Part shown: positions 63,801 to 64,000 of the stretch, piece after piece
How the letters are laid out: each line of letters starts with the position of its first letter
How positions within the stretch are numbered: position 1 is the first letter of the stretch
Assembly (NCBI GenBank): GCA_964016885.1
Contig: OZ024742.1
Coordinates: forward strand, 300,638,001 to 300,702,000
From: Eledone cirrhosa
Taxonomy: Eukaryota
Direction of reading: 5' to 3'
Length of the DNA: 64,000 nt
Made by a program: the position numbers and the translations under genes
The notes under the pieces: model-generated
Told to the model about the DNA's origin: nothing
Databases searched by the model: none
Seen by the model: the letters and a program-made list of their open reading frames with translations, nothing else

Positions 63801-64000
63801 GGGGTAGTAGGAGGTATTAACAGAGATGGTAGTGGTGGTGGTGGTAGTAGAGCAGTGATAATGGGGGTAGTAGGAGGTATTAGCAGAGATGGTAGTGGTG
63901 GTGGTGGTGGTAGTGCAGTGATAATGGAGGTAGTAGGAGGTATTAGCAGAGATGATATTGGTGGTGGTGGTAGTAGAACAGTTATAATGGAGGTAGTAGG
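45861..64000. repeat. G-rich satellite, 63-bp modal unit (about 57-69 bp), >18 kb, running off the window end
   Basis: AGCAGTGATAATGG(G/A)GGTAGTAGGAGGTATTAGCAGAGATGGTAGT(GGT)nAGTAG repeated. Confidence 0.98.

Overview
Repeat-dominated eukaryotic genomic DNA. It is probably a cephalopod or octopod mollusc; this is inferred from the (TA)n density, the SINE types and the RTE LINEs, and is not proven. Main contents: (1) An 8.4-kb head-to-head pair of Penelope-like retroelements (PLEs; RT + C-terminal GIY-YIG, Naiad-like) inserted in (TA)n. One copy is intact, the other is disrupted. Each pLTR carries a type I hammerhead ribozyme (HHR) with the rare U3-A8 core. (2) A 118-bp mini-element of the same family that folds back exactly at the predicted ribozyme cleavage site, plus many other short fold-back PLE ends with HHRs from several families sitting in (TA)n tracts. 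(3) Six minus-strand exons of a GH38 lysosomal alpha-mannosidase (MAN2B1-like) gene, five of which are missed by the ORF track. Its introns hold an intact RTE LINE with a PHD finger, SINEs, a tRNA-like 106-bp tandem array, a splice-donor tandem array and an >18-kb satellite. (4) A deleted mariner inside a 27-bp minisatellite, a hAT-type MITE, a 68-bp satellite and a 200-N gap. Most long ORFs in the track are translations of simple repeats. All RNA structures were folded by eye; no searches were run.
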